Shown here piece by piece: positions 7,691 to 17,050 of a stretch of 43,780 nt of DNA (its first letter is position 1; each line of letters begins with the position of its first letter). The stretch comes from Mollicutes bacterium (GTDB taxonomy: Bacteria > Bacillota_I > Bacilli_A > RF39 > UBA660), in the NCBI GenBank assembly GCA_003559495.1, contig PWLE01000022.1, positions 1 to 43,780 of the forward strand, given 5' to 3'. The position numbers and the translations under genes are program-made. The notes beneath the pieces were generated by a model. The model was not told the DNA's origin. It made no database searches and saw nothing but the letters and a program-made list of their open reading frames with translations.

Positions 7691-9167
7691 AGCAATAAAA
7701 GAACTTGATAAATTAGATGTAATATCAAAAGGATTTGATATTAATAAGAAAATTGAAATTAAAGGTGGTAAAGCAGTTAGTGTTAGCAGACGCATCTTAG
7801 AAGCCTTAAAAAATTCAATGTTAGAAGCTAATAAATGGATTGATGATACTTTTTTCTACGGTGATGAAGTAGAGGAAAAAGAACAAGAAGAAATTGCAAA
7901 AGAAGAGTCACCAAAAGAAGAAAAAATAACAGTTGAATTATCGGAAGAGAAAGAACCTTCACACACACCAGAGCAAGAATTGTTTATTGTTGAGCGGTAT
8001 ATTAAAACTTTTGAAAAAAAATTAGAAGAGGCTATTCAAAAAAATGATTTGGAAGGTCAAGAAAAATATCGTGGACTTTTAGCAGAAAAACAAGCAGAAG
8101 CAAGTCAAATTAAAAAAAGCATGGGAAAGAGTGAAGATAAAATTGAGATTGACAAAAAGGAATTGGATGAATTAAATTATTTGAAAAACGAAAAACAAAA
8201 GGTTGAGGAAGAAATTTTGAAACACCAACGAGGTGATGAGCAAGTCTTTTCAATAGCAGCACAATATCCAGGAGCAACAGAAGAAAGCTTGCGTAGTTAT
8301 TTAAATAATCTTAAAAATAAAATTGAATCATTAGAGGAATTAATTGCATCTAAAGAAACATATGTCGCTCCATCAGAGGAGGCCGCAGCGAAGGAATCAT
8401 ATAAAATTAATAACAAAGGTGAAATTGTATTAGATGATGGGAAAGAGGATTTAGTTTCAGATGTTGAAAATGATTGGAGTAGGAAGGCAGAAGAAAAAGA
8501 GGTTGAAGCAAGTGAAGCGCCACATCTCCCCGAGGATGAGCTAGAAGAAAGAAGGGTAGAAGATGATGAGGCAGTGGAAAGAACAGATTCAATCGAATCC
8601 AAAGAAGCATCTCAAGAATTGTCATCAGATTATCATGCGTTAATGCAAGAAAGAGCTGAAGTTCAATCAGAACTAGACAAATTAAAAGATGTGTATTTTA
8701 GTGATGAAAAAGAACAACTGCGCAATTATCTTTTAGAAATTGATCAACGGTTAGATGATTTAGAAGCAAAAGAACAAGCGCAAGTAGAACCACAACCAAA
8801 AACGGAAGATAAAGAGGCAATATATAATCAATATCAAAGCTTAATGAAAGAAAGAGAAGCAATTGAAATAGAACTAGACAAATTAAAAGATGTATATTTT
8901 AGCGAAGAAAAAGAAAAATTGCAAAATAAATTGAAAAAAGTCAATGATGAAATTGTTAAAACAACTGTTAAAATGGTTCCGGATATATCGGAGGTTGAAA
9001 GTGATTACTATTCGCTTGAAGAAGAAGAAAAAGAAGCAGCAGCGACTGCCGATGAGGACTTAGAAGAAATGTTAGTGCGATTAGAACATTTGGCTGATGT
9101 ATTAAGCGAAACAATTGAAAGTGTAAGACATAAATTATACGGTCAGGAAGAAGTAAAAGAAAAATAA
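7683..9167 (+). CDS. Hypothetical highly acidic Glu/Lys-rich coiled-coil protein (494 aa)
   Basis: Long ORF overlapping the DUF1292 stop by 8 nt. About 60-aa N-terminal non-acidic segment, then E/K-rich heptad-like sequence. Ends before a strong terminator. Confidence 0.7.
   Translation: MSEAIKELDKLDVISKGFDINKKIEIKGGKAVSVSRRILEALKNSMLEANKWIDDTFFYGDEVEEKEQEEIAKEESPKEEKITVELSEEKEPSHTPEQELFIVERYIKTFEKKLEEAIQKNDLEGQEKYRGLLAEKQAEASQIKKSMGKSEDKIEIDKKELDELNYLKNEKQKVEEEILKHQRGDEQVFSIAAQYPGATEESLRSYLNNLKNKIESLEELIASKETYVAPSEEAAAKESYKINNKGEIVLDDGKEDLVSDVENDWSRKAEEKEVEASEAPHLPEDELEERRVEDDEAVERTDSIESKEASQELSSDYHALMQERAEVQSELDKLKDVYFSDEKEQLRNYLLEIDQRLDDLEAKEQAQVEPQPKTEDKEAIYNQYQSLMKEREAIEIELDKLKDVYFSEEKEKLQNKLKKVNDEIVKTTVKMVPDISEVESDYYSLEEEEKEAAATADEDLEEMLVRLEHLADVLSETIESVRHKLYGQEEVKEK
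8628..8960 (+). repeat. Intragenic duplication (two modules about 200 nt apart)
   Basis: GAACTAGACAAATTAAAAGATGT(G/A)TATTTTAG at 8669 and 8871. Protein modules are ...LMQERAEVQSELDKLKDVYFSDEKEQLRNYL and ...LMKEREAIEIELDKLKDVYFSEEKEKLQNKL. Confidence 0.8.
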
Positions 9168-9175
9168 AAATTTTT

Positions 9176-9203
9176 AAAGAAAGGAAACTTTCTTTTTTTT
9201 TTT
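9176..9203 (+). terminator. Rho-independent terminator ending the accessory island
   Basis: AAAGAAAG (9176-9183), GAAA loop, CTTTCTTT (9188-9195), then a T-run to 9203. Confidence 0.8.
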
Positions 9204-9214
9204 GCAAAAAAGTA

Positions 9215-9243
9215 TTGCTTTTTTTTTAGAACAACGGTATAAT
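9215..9243 (+). promoter_or_regulatory. Promoter of the S10 operon
   Basis: TTGCTT (9215-9220), 17-nt spacer, TATAAT (9238-9243). Confidence 0.55.
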
Positions 9244-9375
9244 GAATAATTGTGTAGATGCATTGATGTGCAAGGTTGCTGAAACGCCAGGAGGGGTTGT
9301 TGTTGGGAGAAAAGGCTAACCAGGTGTTTGCATGGAGCAAGTCTGTACAAGATATAGGCGAAGGGAGGAAAAAAA
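9244..9375 (+). promoter_or_regulatory. About 130-nt G-rich untranslated leader of the S10 operon (candidate autoregulatory RNA)
   Basis: Non-coding stretch visibly more G/C-rich than its surroundings (gccaggaggggttgttgttgggag...), lying between the promoter and the rpsJ SD gggagg. Confidence 0.4.
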
Positions 9376-9684
9376 GTGGCAAATAAAAAAGTGCGAATTA
9401 AATTAAAATCGTTTGATCATCAAAAGTTAGATGCGGCCTGTGCCAAAATTATTGCTACTGTAAAAAGGACTGGTGGCGATATAAGTGGCCCGGTGCCTTT
9501 ACCAACAGAAGTGGAAAAAATAACTGTTTTACGTGCCGTTCACAAATATAAGGATTCACGTGAACAGTTTGAAAAAAGAACCCATAAACGATTGATTGAT
9601 ATCACTAAGCCAAGCAAGGAAACAATTGACGCTCTAGCACATTTAGATATTCCTAGTGGTGTTGATATAAAAATTCAATCTTAA
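9376..9684 (+). CDS. rpsJ: 30S ribosomal protein S10
   Basis: GTG start after gggagg. [15 protein letters not shown]... matches S10. Confidence 0.96.
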   Translation: MANKKVRIKLKSFDHQKLDAACAKIIATVKRTGGDISGPVPLPTEVEKITVLRAVHKYKDSREQFEKRTHKRLIDITKPSKETIDALAHLDIPSGVDIKIQS

Positions 9685-9710
9685 AAACAAAATTAAAATA
9701 GGAGGATAAC

Positions 9711-10667
9711 ATGAAAAAAGGAATCTTAGGAAAAAAATTAGGAATGACACAAGTTTTCACCAAAAGTGGAAAAATGATTCCTGTTACAGTTGTGAGTGTT
9801 GAACCAAATGTTGTTACACAAATAAAAACAATTGAATCAGATGGTTATGAAGCAATCCAACTTGGTTTTGATAGCAAGAGAGAAAAATTAGCTAACAAAC
9901 CAGAGCAGGGACACGTAAAAAAAGCAAAAACAACACCTAAGCGCTTCTTTCGCGAAATTAGTGGTGTTGATACTAAAGAGTATACTTTAGGACAGGTTAT
10001 TACTGCTGATATTTTCGCTCCCGGCGAAGTTATAGATGTAACAGGAGTAAGCAAAGGAAAAGGATTTCAAGGTGTAATAAAAAGACATAATTTTTCAATC
10101 GGACCGATGACACGAGGATCACATTTTCATCGTCGTGTTGGATCGCTTGGTTCAATGCAACCAAAACGAGTTTTTAAAGGGAAAAAAATGCCAGGACATA
10201 TGGGTGTTGAGCAAGTAACAATCCAAAATTTAGAAATTGTTATGGTTGATGTTGAAAATAATGTAATGCTAATAAAAGGAAATGTGCCAGGACCTAAAAA
10301 ATCGATGGTTTTAATTAAACCAGCTACAAAATCAGATGGTAAAAATAATGAATTTGAAGAAATAAATTTTTATAGTGATCATGTTGAAGAAAATCAAGAA
10401 GTTGCTACGGAAACAAAAGAAGTAGAACAAGAAGAAAATCAAAAACCAATTAAAGAAGAAATGGAAACAAAAGAAGCAGAACAAGAGGAAAATCAAACAT
10501 CAAATGAAGAAGAAATAAAAGAAGTAGAGCAAGAAGAAAACCAAACATCAAATGAAGAAGAAACAAAAGAAGTAGCAGCAGCAGAAGAAAACGAAGAAAT
10601 AAGCGAACAAGAAGAAGAAAAATCATCTTCAACAGAATCAGCTGAACAGGAGGATAAAAATGAGTAA
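9711..10667 (+). CDS. rplC: 50S ribosomal protein L3 with a 111-aa acidic C-terminal extension
   Basis: [16 protein letters not shown]... and ...[19 protein letters not shown] form the canonical L3 core (about 207 aa). The frame continues through an E/Q/N/K-rich tail to TAA 10665-10667. Confidence 0.93.
   Translation: MKKGILGKKLGMTQVFTKSGKMIPVTVVSVEPNVVTQIKTIESDGYEAIQLGFDSKREKLANKPEQGHVKKAKTTPKRFFREISGVDTKEYTLGQVITADIFAPGEVIDVTGVSKGKGFQGVIKRHNFSIGPMTRGSHFHRRVGSLGSMQPKRVFKGKKMPGHMGVEQVTIQNLEIVMVDVENNVMLIKGNVPGPKKSMVLIKPATKSDGKNNEFEEINFYSDHVEENQEVATETKEVEQEENQKPIKEEMETKEAEQEENQTSNEEEIKEVEQEENQTSNEEETKEVAAAEENEEISEQEEEKSSSTESAEQEDKNE
10413..10580 (+). repeat. Imperfect tandem coding repeats (about 51 nt, about 17 aa) in the L3 tail
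   Basis: [18 protein letters not shown] / [17 protein letters not shown] / [15 protein letters not shown] / [12 protein letters not shown]. Confidence 0.75.
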
Positions 10668-11292
10668 AGCAAAAGCAATTAATCCAGCTGGCGAAAAGCA
10701 AAAAGATGTAACATTAAAAAAAGAAATTTGGGGTATTGAACCAAATCATGTTGCGATTCAGAATGCTATTAAATTATTAACGGCTTCTTGGCGACAAGGG
10801 AATGCCTCAACTAAAACACGAAGTGAAGTTCGTGGTGGTGGACGTAAGCCTTGGCGTCAAAAGGGAACAGGGCGTGCTAGACAAGGAACTATTCGAGCTC
10901 CACAATGGATGGGGGGAGGAATTGTCTTTGGACCAAAACCTCGTAGTTATGCTAAAAAAATGAATGTTAAAGAAAAGCGTTTAGCATTAAAATCAGCTTT
11001 AAGTTTAAAAGCAGCTAATAATGAAGTGTCAATTTTAATAGATTTTAAAGTTAACAGTCCCAAAACACAAGAAATGAAAAAAATGTTAAAGACTATGGGC
11101 ATAGAAGGAAAAATGCTTTTGGTTGTTAATGATTTAACGGATAATTTAATTTTAGCAACGAATAATATTAAAGATATTGATTTAATCGAAGTGCATGATT
11201 TAAATGTTTATAGTATTATTAATGCCCCACAAATATATGTTACCGAAGAGGCATTAGGAGTTATTGAGGAGGTGCTTAGTTATGATAAATAA
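10660..11292 (+). CDS. rplD: 50S ribosomal protein L4
   Basis: ...[26 protein letters not shown]... L4 signature. Overlaps the rplC end. Confidence 0.96.
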   Translation: MSKAKAINPAGEKQKDVTLKKEIWGIEPNHVAIQNAIKLLTASWRQGNASTKTRSEVRGGGRKPWRQKGTGRARQGTIRAPQWMGGGIVFGPKPRSYAKKMNVKEKRLALKSALSLKAANNEVSILIDFKVNSPKTQEMKKMLKTMGIEGKMLLVVNDLTDNLILATNNIKDIDLIEVHDLNVYSIINAPQIYVTEEALGVIEEVLSYDK

Positions 11293-11572
11293 TTATCGTG
11301 ACATTATAAAATCACCAATTATTAGTGAAAAGGCAACCGGCTTACAACAAGTAAACAAATATGTGTTTAGTGTTGATATTAAGGCTAATAAGACTCACAT
11401 TAAGCAAGCGGTTGAAAATATTTTTAATGTGGAAGTTGAAACTGTAAATACTATAAATGTTAAGCCAAAAAGGAAAAGAGTGCGACGTTATTCTGGTAAT
11501 TATTTTGGCAAACGAAATAAAGTAAAAAAAGCAATTGTGACATTGAAAAAAGGACAAACAATTGAAGTTTAA
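11282..11572 (+). CDS. rplW: 50S ribosomal protein L23
   Basis: [19 protein letters not shown]... L23 N-terminus. ggaggtg SD. ATG 11282 is preferred over the longer ORF from 11264. Confidence 0.93.
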   Translation: MINNYRDIIKSPIISEKATGLQQVNKYVFSVDIKANKTHIKQAVENIFNVEVETVNTINVKPKRKRVRRYSGNYFGKRNKVKKAIVTLKKGQTIEV

Positions 11573-11584
11573 AGGAGGACCAAG

Positions 11585-12418
11585 ATGGCAATAAAAATAT
11601 ATAAACCAACAAGTAGTGGAATGAGAAATCGATCAACGCTAGTTGATAAAGAAGTTAAAAAAAATAAATTAATAAAAAAATTATCAAAAAAACTTACCAA
11701 AAGTGGTGGTCGAAATGTTTCTGGTCAAATTACGACGCGACATCGTGGTGGTGGTGCAAAACGGAAATATCGTATTATTGATTTTAAAAGAAATAAATTA
11801 GATGTTGAAGGAAAAGTAGCAGCAATTGAATATGATCCAAATCGCTCCGCTAATATTGCTTTAATTAATTATGTTGATGGTGAAAAGCGCTATATTATTG
11901 CACCAGATAAATTAAAAGTTGGTGATAAAATAATTAGTAGTGAAAAAGCAGATGTCAAAAAAGGTAATGCCATGTTACTTAAAAATATTCCCGAGGGCAC
12001 AAGAGTCCATAATGTTGAAATGAAGCCAGGTAAAGGTGGCGAATTAGCACGTTCAGCTGGTTCTTCCGCTCAAGTAGTTGGAAAAGAAGATAAATATGTC
12101 CAAGTAAAATTAAGAAGTGGCGAAGTTCGTAAAGTGTTAGGAACTTGTCGAGCAACAATTGGTGAAGTGGGCAACAAAGATAAAGAGCTTATTAATTTAG
12201 GAAAAGCAGGACGCAAACGACATTTAGGTATTCGTCCAACTGTTCGTGGTTCGGTTATGAATCCCAATGATCACCCTCATGGTGGTGGCGAAGGACGGGC
12301 ACCGATTGGTCGAAAATCACCGGTTTCACCTTGGGGAAAACCAACTTTAGGTTATAAAACAAGAAAACCAAAAAAAGCTTCGGATAAATTAATAGTTCGT
12401 CGTCGGAAAAAGAAGTAA
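11585..12418 (+). CDS. rplB: 50S ribosomal protein L2
   Basis: ...[14 protein letters not shown]... L2 signature. Confidence 0.97.
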   Translation: MAIKIYKPTSSGMRNRSTLVDKEVKKNKLIKKLSKKLTKSGGRNVSGQITTRHRGGGAKRKYRIIDFKRNKLDVEGKVAAIEYDPNRSANIALINYVDGEKRYIIAPDKLKVGDKIISSEKADVKKGNAMLLKNIPEGTRVHNVEMKPGKGGELARSAGSSAQVVGKEDKYVQVKLRSGEVRKVLGTCRATIGEVGNKDKELINLGKAGRKRHLGIRPTVRGSVMNPNDHPHGGGEGRAPIGRKSPVSPWGKPTLGYKTRKPKKASDKLIVRRRKKK

Positions 12419-12435
12419 ATGAAAGGATGATATAA

Positions 12436-12699
12436 ATGAGTAGAAGTTTAAAAAAAGGCGCTTTTATTGATGCTAGTTTACAAAAAAAAGTTGAAAAAGT
12501 TAAAGCCTCTGGAAAAAAAGAAGTTATTAAAACTTGGTCTCGTCGATCAACTATTTATCCAGATTTTATTGGCTTAACTTTTGCTGTGCATAATGGTAAG
12601 GAGTTTATCCCAGTATATATTACTGAAGATATGGTTGGGCATAAATTAGGAGAGTTTGCTCCTACTCGCAAACATGTTAAACATGGTGGCGAACGATAA
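12436..12699 (+). CDS. rpsS: 30S ribosomal protein S19
   Basis: [12 protein letters not shown]...[11 protein letters not shown] matches S19. Confidence 0.97.
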   Translation: MSRSLKKGAFIDASLQKKVEKVKASGKKEVIKTWSRRSTIYPDFIGLTFAVHNGKEFIPVYITEDMVGHKLGEFAPTRKHVKHGGER

Positions 12700-12721
12700 A
12701 AATCAGTAAGGAGGATTTAGA

Positions 12722-13057
12722 ATGGAAGCAAAAGCAATTGCAAAAACAGTGCGCATCGCCCCGCGGAAAGCTCGTTTAGTAATAAAATTAATTAGGGGAA
12801 AAAGAATTGAAGAAGCACAAGCAATTTTAAAAGGCATTAATCATAAAGCGGTGTTGATAATAGAGAAAACTCTAAATTCGGCAGTCGCTAATGCTATTAA
12901 TAATAATGAAATGAAAAAAGAAGATTTGTATATAAAAGATGCTTATGTTAATGAAGGACAAACATTAAAAAGAAGACGGATTGGATCACGTGGTAATGTC
13001 GATCCGATAATGAAAAGAACAAGTCATATAACGGTGGTAGTAAGTGATGAAAAATAA
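12722..13057 (+). CDS. rplV: 50S ribosomal protein L22
   Basis: [20 protein letters not shown]... matches L22. Confidence 0.96.
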   Translation: MEAKAIAKTVRIAPRKARLVIKLIRGKRIEEAQAILKGINHKAVLIIEKTLNSAVANAINNNEMKKEDLYIKDAYVNEGQTLKRRRIGSRGNVDPIMKRTSHITVVVSDEK

Positions 13058-13071
13058 AGGAGGGATTGTTG

Positions 13072-13752
13072 ATGGGTCAAAAAGTTAGTCCAGTTGGACT
13101 TAGAATAGGAATTAATAAAGATTGGAATTCTTCTTGGTATGCCGAGGGAAGTGATTTTGCAAAATATTTGCAAAATGATATTGAAATTCGCAAATTTTTA
13201 GAAAATAAATTAAAAAAAGCGGCAATTGCCAATATTTTGATAAATCGCGATCAGCATAAAACAGAAGTAATAATAGTAACAGCAAAACCGGGTATGGTTA
13301 TTGGTCAAGGTGGCGAAGGAATTGAAAAACTGCGTAAACAATTAGAAAAAATAACGAATGAAACAATTCAAGTTTCTATTAAAGAAGAAAAAAATCCTAA
13401 TCTAAATGCTACATTAATTGCTGAAGATATTGCTCGGCAAATTGAAAATCGTGTTCATTTTCGAATGGCACAAAAGCGAGCAATGCGTAATGCATTAAAA
13501 GCAGGAGCAAAAGGAATAAAAACAGCTGTTTCGGGACGTTTAGCAGGAGCTGATATGGCGCGAACAGAAGGTTATACAGAAGGAATGGTTCCGCTTCATA
13601 CTTTGCGTGCCGATGTTGATTATGCTCACAAAGAAGCAGATACAACTTATGGAAAAATTGGTGTTAAAGTTTGGATTTATAAAGGTGAAATTCTTCCTGA
13701 AAAAAAAGACAAGGGAGGCGAAGAAGATGGCGCTAATTCCAAAGAAAACTAA
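13072..13752 (+). CDS. rpsC: 30S ribosomal protein S3
   Basis: [13 protein letters not shown]... S3 N-terminus. aaggaggg SD lies 7 nt upstream of ATG 13072. Confidence 0.96.
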   Translation: MGQKVSPVGLRIGINKDWNSSWYAEGSDFAKYLQNDIEIRKFLENKLKKAAIANILINRDQHKTEVIIVTAKPGMVIGQGGEGIEKLRKQLEKITNETIQVSIKEEKNPNLNATLIAEDIARQIENRVHFRMAQKRAMRNALKAGAKGIKTAVSGRLAGADMARTEGYTEGMVPLHTLRADVDYAHKEADTTYGKIGVKVWIYKGEILPEKKDKGGEEDGANSKEN

Positions 13753-14158
13753 ATATCGAAAGCCTCATCGCTTATCTTATGAAGGAAAGGCAAGAGGAAA
13801 TCGTGAACTTCATTTTGGACAATATGGATTAATGGCATTAGAGGGCAATTGGATTACCAATCGTCAAATTGAAGCAGCACGAATCGCGATGACTCGTTAT
13901 ATGAAACGAGGCGGAAAAGTATGGATTAATATTTTCCCTCATTTAGCACTTACTAAAAAACCAATTGAAATGCGAATGGGAAAAGGAAAAAGCCAACCAG
14001 AGGCATGGGTTGCTGTTGTTAAAGAAGGAAAAATTATGTTTGAAATAGATGGCGTTTCTGAGAAAGTAGCGCGGGAAGCTCTTCGTCTTGCAATGCATAA
14101 ATTGCCAGTAAGGTGTAAATTTGTGAAAAAAGAAAGTGGTGAGACTAATGAAAAATGA
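13727..14158 (+). CDS. rplP: 50S ribosomal protein L16
   Basis: [15 protein letters not shown]... L16 N-terminus. gggagg SD. Overlaps the rpsC end. Confidence 0.96.
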   Translation: MALIPKKTKYRKPHRLSYEGKARGNRELHFGQYGLMALEGNWITNRQIEAARIAMTRYMKRGGKVWINIFPHLALTKKPIEMRMGKGKSQPEAWVAVVKEGKIMFEIDGVSEKVAREALRLAMHKLPVRCKFVKKESGETNEK

Positions 14159-14342
14159 AGAAATTAGAAAACTTTCGCAAGAAGAAATTATTAAAAAAAT
14201 AAGCGAACATAAAGAAGAATTGTTTAATTTGCGATTTAGTCAAGCTACCGGAAACTTAGAAAAACCTTCTCGAATTAGTCAACTTAGAAAAGAAGTAGCG
14301 CGCATGAAAACTATTTTACGTGAGCGAGAATTGGAGAAATAA
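14148..14342 (+). CDS. rpmC: 50S ribosomal protein L29
   Basis: [14 protein letters not shown]...[11 protein letters not shown] matches L29. Overlaps the rplP end. Confidence 0.93.
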   Translation: MKNEEIRKLSQEEIIKKISEHKEELFNLRFSQATGNLEKPSRISQLRKEVARMKTILRERELEK

Positions 14343-14352
14343 GGAGGATTTT

Positions 14353-14610
14353 ATGGAAAGTAGAAAAAAAGAGTTAATTGGTAAAGTTGTAAGTGATAAA
14401 AATGATAAAACAATAACTGTTATTGTGGAAACATACAAAACAGATACCAAATATCACAAACGTGTTAAATATTCAAAGAAGTTACGTGCTCACGATGAAA
14501 AAAATGAAGCAAAAGTGGGCGATAAAGTGCGAATTAAAGAAGTTCGGCCATTATCAAAAGATAAAAGTTATCGTTTAGTAGAAATAATTGAAAGTGCGGT
14601 TGTTCTTTAA
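14353..14610 (+). CDS. rpsQ: 30S ribosomal protein S17
   Basis: ATG follows aaggagg. ...[17 protein letters not shown]...[10 protein letters not shown]... matches S17. Confidence 0.95.
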   Translation: MESRKKELIGKVVSDKNDKTITVIVETYKTDTKYHKRVKYSKKLRAHDEKNEAKVGDKVRIKEVRPLSKDKSYRLVEIIESAVVL

Positions 14611-14624
14611 AAGGAGGAAACAAA

Positions 14625-14996
14625 ATGGTTCAACAAGAAAGTAGAATTAAAGTAGCTGATAATTCCGGGGCAAAAGAATTATTAGTAATAAAAGTTTTAG
14701 GCGGGAGTCGCGTAAAAGATGGCAACATTGGTGATATTGTTGTCGGGTCAGTGAAAAAAGCAGCCCCCAATAGTAATGTTAAAAAAGGAAAAGTAGTTAA
14801 AGCTGTAATTATTAGAACAAAATTTGGTTTGCGTCGGGAAGATGGTTCTCATATTCGCTTTGATGATAATGCTTGTGTCATATTAAAAGAAGATAATAAG
14901 ACACCTATGGGGACTCGTGTTTTTGGACCCGTCGCCCGAGAATTGCGGGACAAACAGTTTATGAAAATTGTTTCCCTTGCTAAAGAAGTATTATAG
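14625..14996 (+). CDS. rplN: 50S ribosomal protein L14
   Basis: [18 protein letters not shown]... matches L14. Confidence 0.97.
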   Translation: MVQQESRIKVADNSGAKELLVIKVLGGSRVKDGNIGDIVVGSVKKAAPNSNVKKGKVVKAVIIRTKFGLRREDGSHIRFDDNACVILKEDNKTPMGTRVFGPVARELRDKQFMKIVSLAKEVL

Positions 14997-15007
14997 GAGG
15001 TAAAATT

Positions 15008-15319
15008 ATGAACTTGAAAAAAGGCGATAAAGTTATTGTTATAGCAGGCAAAGAAAAAGGAAAAGAAGGCAGTGTTATGAAAGTGTTGCGTAGCGAAAAC
15101 AAAGTTATTATCGAAAATATTAATTTTATGAAAAAGCATCAAAAATCTGATGGCCAAAACCCAGGTAGTATCAAAGAAATAGAAGCACCAATTCATGCAT
15201 CAAATGTTATGCTAATTGATCCAGATACAAAAAAAGCAACGCGAATTGGCAAAGCAACTAATAAAAAAGGAAAAAAAACACGAATTGCAAAAAAATCTAA
15301 TAAGGAATTAGATAGTTGA
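15008..15319 (+). CDS. rplX: 50S ribosomal protein L24
   Basis: [18 protein letters not shown]... KOW motif. TGA stop. Confidence 0.95.
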   Translation: MNLKKGDKVIVIAGKEKGKEGSVMKVLRSENKVIIENINFMKKHQKSDGQNPGSIKEIEAPIHASNVMLIDPDTKKATRIGKATNKKGKKTRIAKKSNKELDS

Positions 15320-15330
15320 AAGGGGATATT

Positions 15331-15870
15331 ATGAATCACTTAAGAAAAAAATATAATGATGAAATTATCCAAAAGATGAAAAAAGATTTTAATTATAAAT
15401 CAAATATGGAAGTGCCAAAATTAGATAAAATTGTCATCAATATTGGTGTTGGTGATGCTGCTCATAATAGTAAATTTTTAGACGGAGCAATGGCTGATCT
15501 AGAAACGATTACAAATCAAAAACCAGTCACAACTAAGGCTAAAAAAGCAATTGCTGGTTTTAAAATAAGAGCAGGACAGGCAATTGGTTGTAAGGTAACG
15601 CTCCGCGGTGAAAAAATGTATAATTTTTTAGACAAATTGATTTCTATTACATTACCGAGAGTTCGTGATTTTCGCGGCATTTCATCTAAAGCATTTGATG
15701 GGAAAGGCAATTATACTTTAGGAATAAAGGAACAATTAATTTTCTCAGAAATTGAATATGATGATGTTGTTAAAGCGCGCGGTATGGATATTATTTTTGT
15801 AACAACGGCAAAAACAGATGAGGAAGCTAAAGCATTATTAACAGGATTTGGCTTGCCGTTTCGGCAATAA
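15331..15870 (+). CDS. rplE: 50S ribosomal protein L5
   Basis: [20 protein letters not shown]...[13 protein letters not shown] matches L5. Confidence 0.96.
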   Translation: MNHLRKKYNDEIIQKMKKDFNYKSNMEVPKLDKIVINIGVGDAAHNSKFLDGAMADLETITNQKPVTTKAKKAIAGFKIRAGQAIGCKVTLRGEKMYNFLDKLISITLPRVRDFRGISSKAFDGKGNYTLGIKEQLIFSEIEYDDVVKARGMDIIFVTTAKTDEEAKALLTGFGLPFRQ

Positions 15871-15889
15871 CTTTTAAAGGAGGAAAAAA

Positions 15890-16069
15890 ATGGCAAAAAA
15901 AAGTAAAAAAGTAATGAAAAAACCAAAATTTAAAGTTCGCGAATATACGCGCTGCAATCGTTGCGGCCGGCCCCATTCTGTCTTAAAAAAATATGGAATA
16001 TGTCGAATTTGCTTTCGCGAATTGGCATATAAAGGTCAGATACCAGGCGTAAAAAAATCAAGCTGGTAG
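15890..16069 (+). CDS. rpsN: 30S ribosomal protein S14 type Z (zinc-binding, 59 aa)
   Basis: Not in the supplied ORF track. Hand translation: [59 protein letters not shown]. CxxC...CxxC motif. ggagg SD. Confidence 0.93.
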   Translation: MAKKSKKVMKKPKFKVREYTRCNRCGRPHSVLKKYGICRICFRELAYKGQIPGVKKSSW

Positions 16070-16087
16070 ATGAAGGGAGGAAATAAA

Positions 16088-16483
16088 ATGATAAATGATC
16101 CAATAGCAGATATGTTAACGAGAATTCGTAATGCAAATCATGCCCGACATCAGGAAGTAGAAGTTCCAATGTCAAAAATGAAGGAAAAAATAGCGAAAAT
16201 TTTAAAAGAAGAAGGTTTTATAGTTGATTATAGTATTAAGGAGCAAAACCCTAATAATATAATTGTTATAAAATTAAAATATGCTAAAAATAAAAAGCAA
16301 GCCGTAACAGGATTGAAAAGAATTTCCAAGCCAGGATTGCGAGTTTATGTAAACGCTAATGAAATTCCAAAAGTTTTAAATGGTTTAGGAATTGCAATTA
16401 TTTCAACTTCGCAAGGAGTTATGACTGATAAACAGGCACGAGAAAAAAATATAGGTGGCGAAGTCCTAGCCTATATTTGGTAG
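16088..16483 (+). CDS. rpsH: 30S ribosomal protein S8
   Basis: [16 protein letters not shown]... S8 N-terminus. gggagg SD. Confidence 0.96.
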   Translation: MINDPIADMLTRIRNANHARHQEVEVPMSKMKEKIAKILKEEGFIVDYSIKEQNPNNIIVIKLKYAKNKKQAVTGLKRISKPGLRVYVNANEIPKVLNGLGIAIISTSQGVMTDKQAREKNIGGEVLAYIW

Positions 16484-16501
16484 AAAGCAAGGAGGATTAC
16501 A

Positions 16502-17035
16502 ATGAGTCGAATAGGAAAAAGAATTTTAACAATCCCCAATGGTGTTAGTGTCAATGTCGAAGGTAACAAAGTTTTTGTTAAAGGCCCGAAAGGGGAATTA
16601 GAGACAACCATTAACGAAAATATTAAAGTTTTAATTGATAATAATACTTTAAAAACAGAGTGTAGTGATGAAAAATATAATAACTTTTTTGGTACGGCTA
16701 ATGCTAATATTAATAACTTATTAATTGGTGTTAGTGAAGGATTCACAAAAGTATTGGAAATGGTTGGAGTAGGATATCGTTTTACTTTAAAGGGACAAAC
16801 TTTAGTAATTGCTGCTGGTTTTTCGAAGCCAAAAGAAATTACTATTCCCAAAGGAATTACAGTTGAAAACCCTAGTAATACGCAAATAATCATAAAAGGA
16901 ATCGATAAATATCTAGTAGGAGAATTTGCCGCCAAGGTGCGAGCAACTAAAAAACCCGAGCCCTATAAAGGAAAAGGGATTCGTTATGCTGATGAATATG
17001 TTATTCGTAAAGTTGGAAAAAAAGCAACTAAATAA
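16502..17035 (+). CDS. rplF: 50S ribosomal protein L6
   Basis: MSRIGKRILTIPNGVSV... matches L6. Confidence 0.96.
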   Translation: MSRIGKRILTIPNGVSVNVEGNKVFVKGPKGELETTINENIKVLIDNNTLKTECSDEKYNNFFGTANANINNLLIGVSEGFTKVLEMVGVGYRFTLKGQTLVIAAGFSKPKEITIPKGITVENPSNTQIIIKGIDKYLVGEFAAKVRATKKPEPYKGKGIRYADEYVIRKVGKKATK

Positions 17036-17050
17036 AAGGAGAGGAAGCAA

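Noticed and set aside
9266-9319. 17-codon mini-ORF (MCKVAETPGGVVVGRKG) inside the S10 leader, considered as a possible leader peptide
   Set aside because: No SD lies upstream of its ATG, and it is too short to judge. It is kept only as a note under the leader finding.
10450-10701. Leu/Phe-rich and Ser-rich ORFs antisense to the L3 acidic tail. Similar cases occur at 8297-8625 and 8968-9382, opposite the acidic coiled-coil gene.
   Set aside because: They are artefacts of GAA/AAG-rich repeats, which read as TTC/CTT on the other strand. They have no independent start signals.
15317-15319. Considered genetic code 4 (TGA = Trp) because of the Mollicutes-like features
   Set aside because: TGA ends rplX (15317-15319), secY, the LysM-G5-M23 gene and yycJ at their expected C-termini, each with the next gene starting immediately. 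The standard code applies.
16471-16935. 154-aa ORF antisense to rplF
   Set aside because: Same reasoning. It lies entirely within L6 on the opposite strand and has no recognisable motifs.
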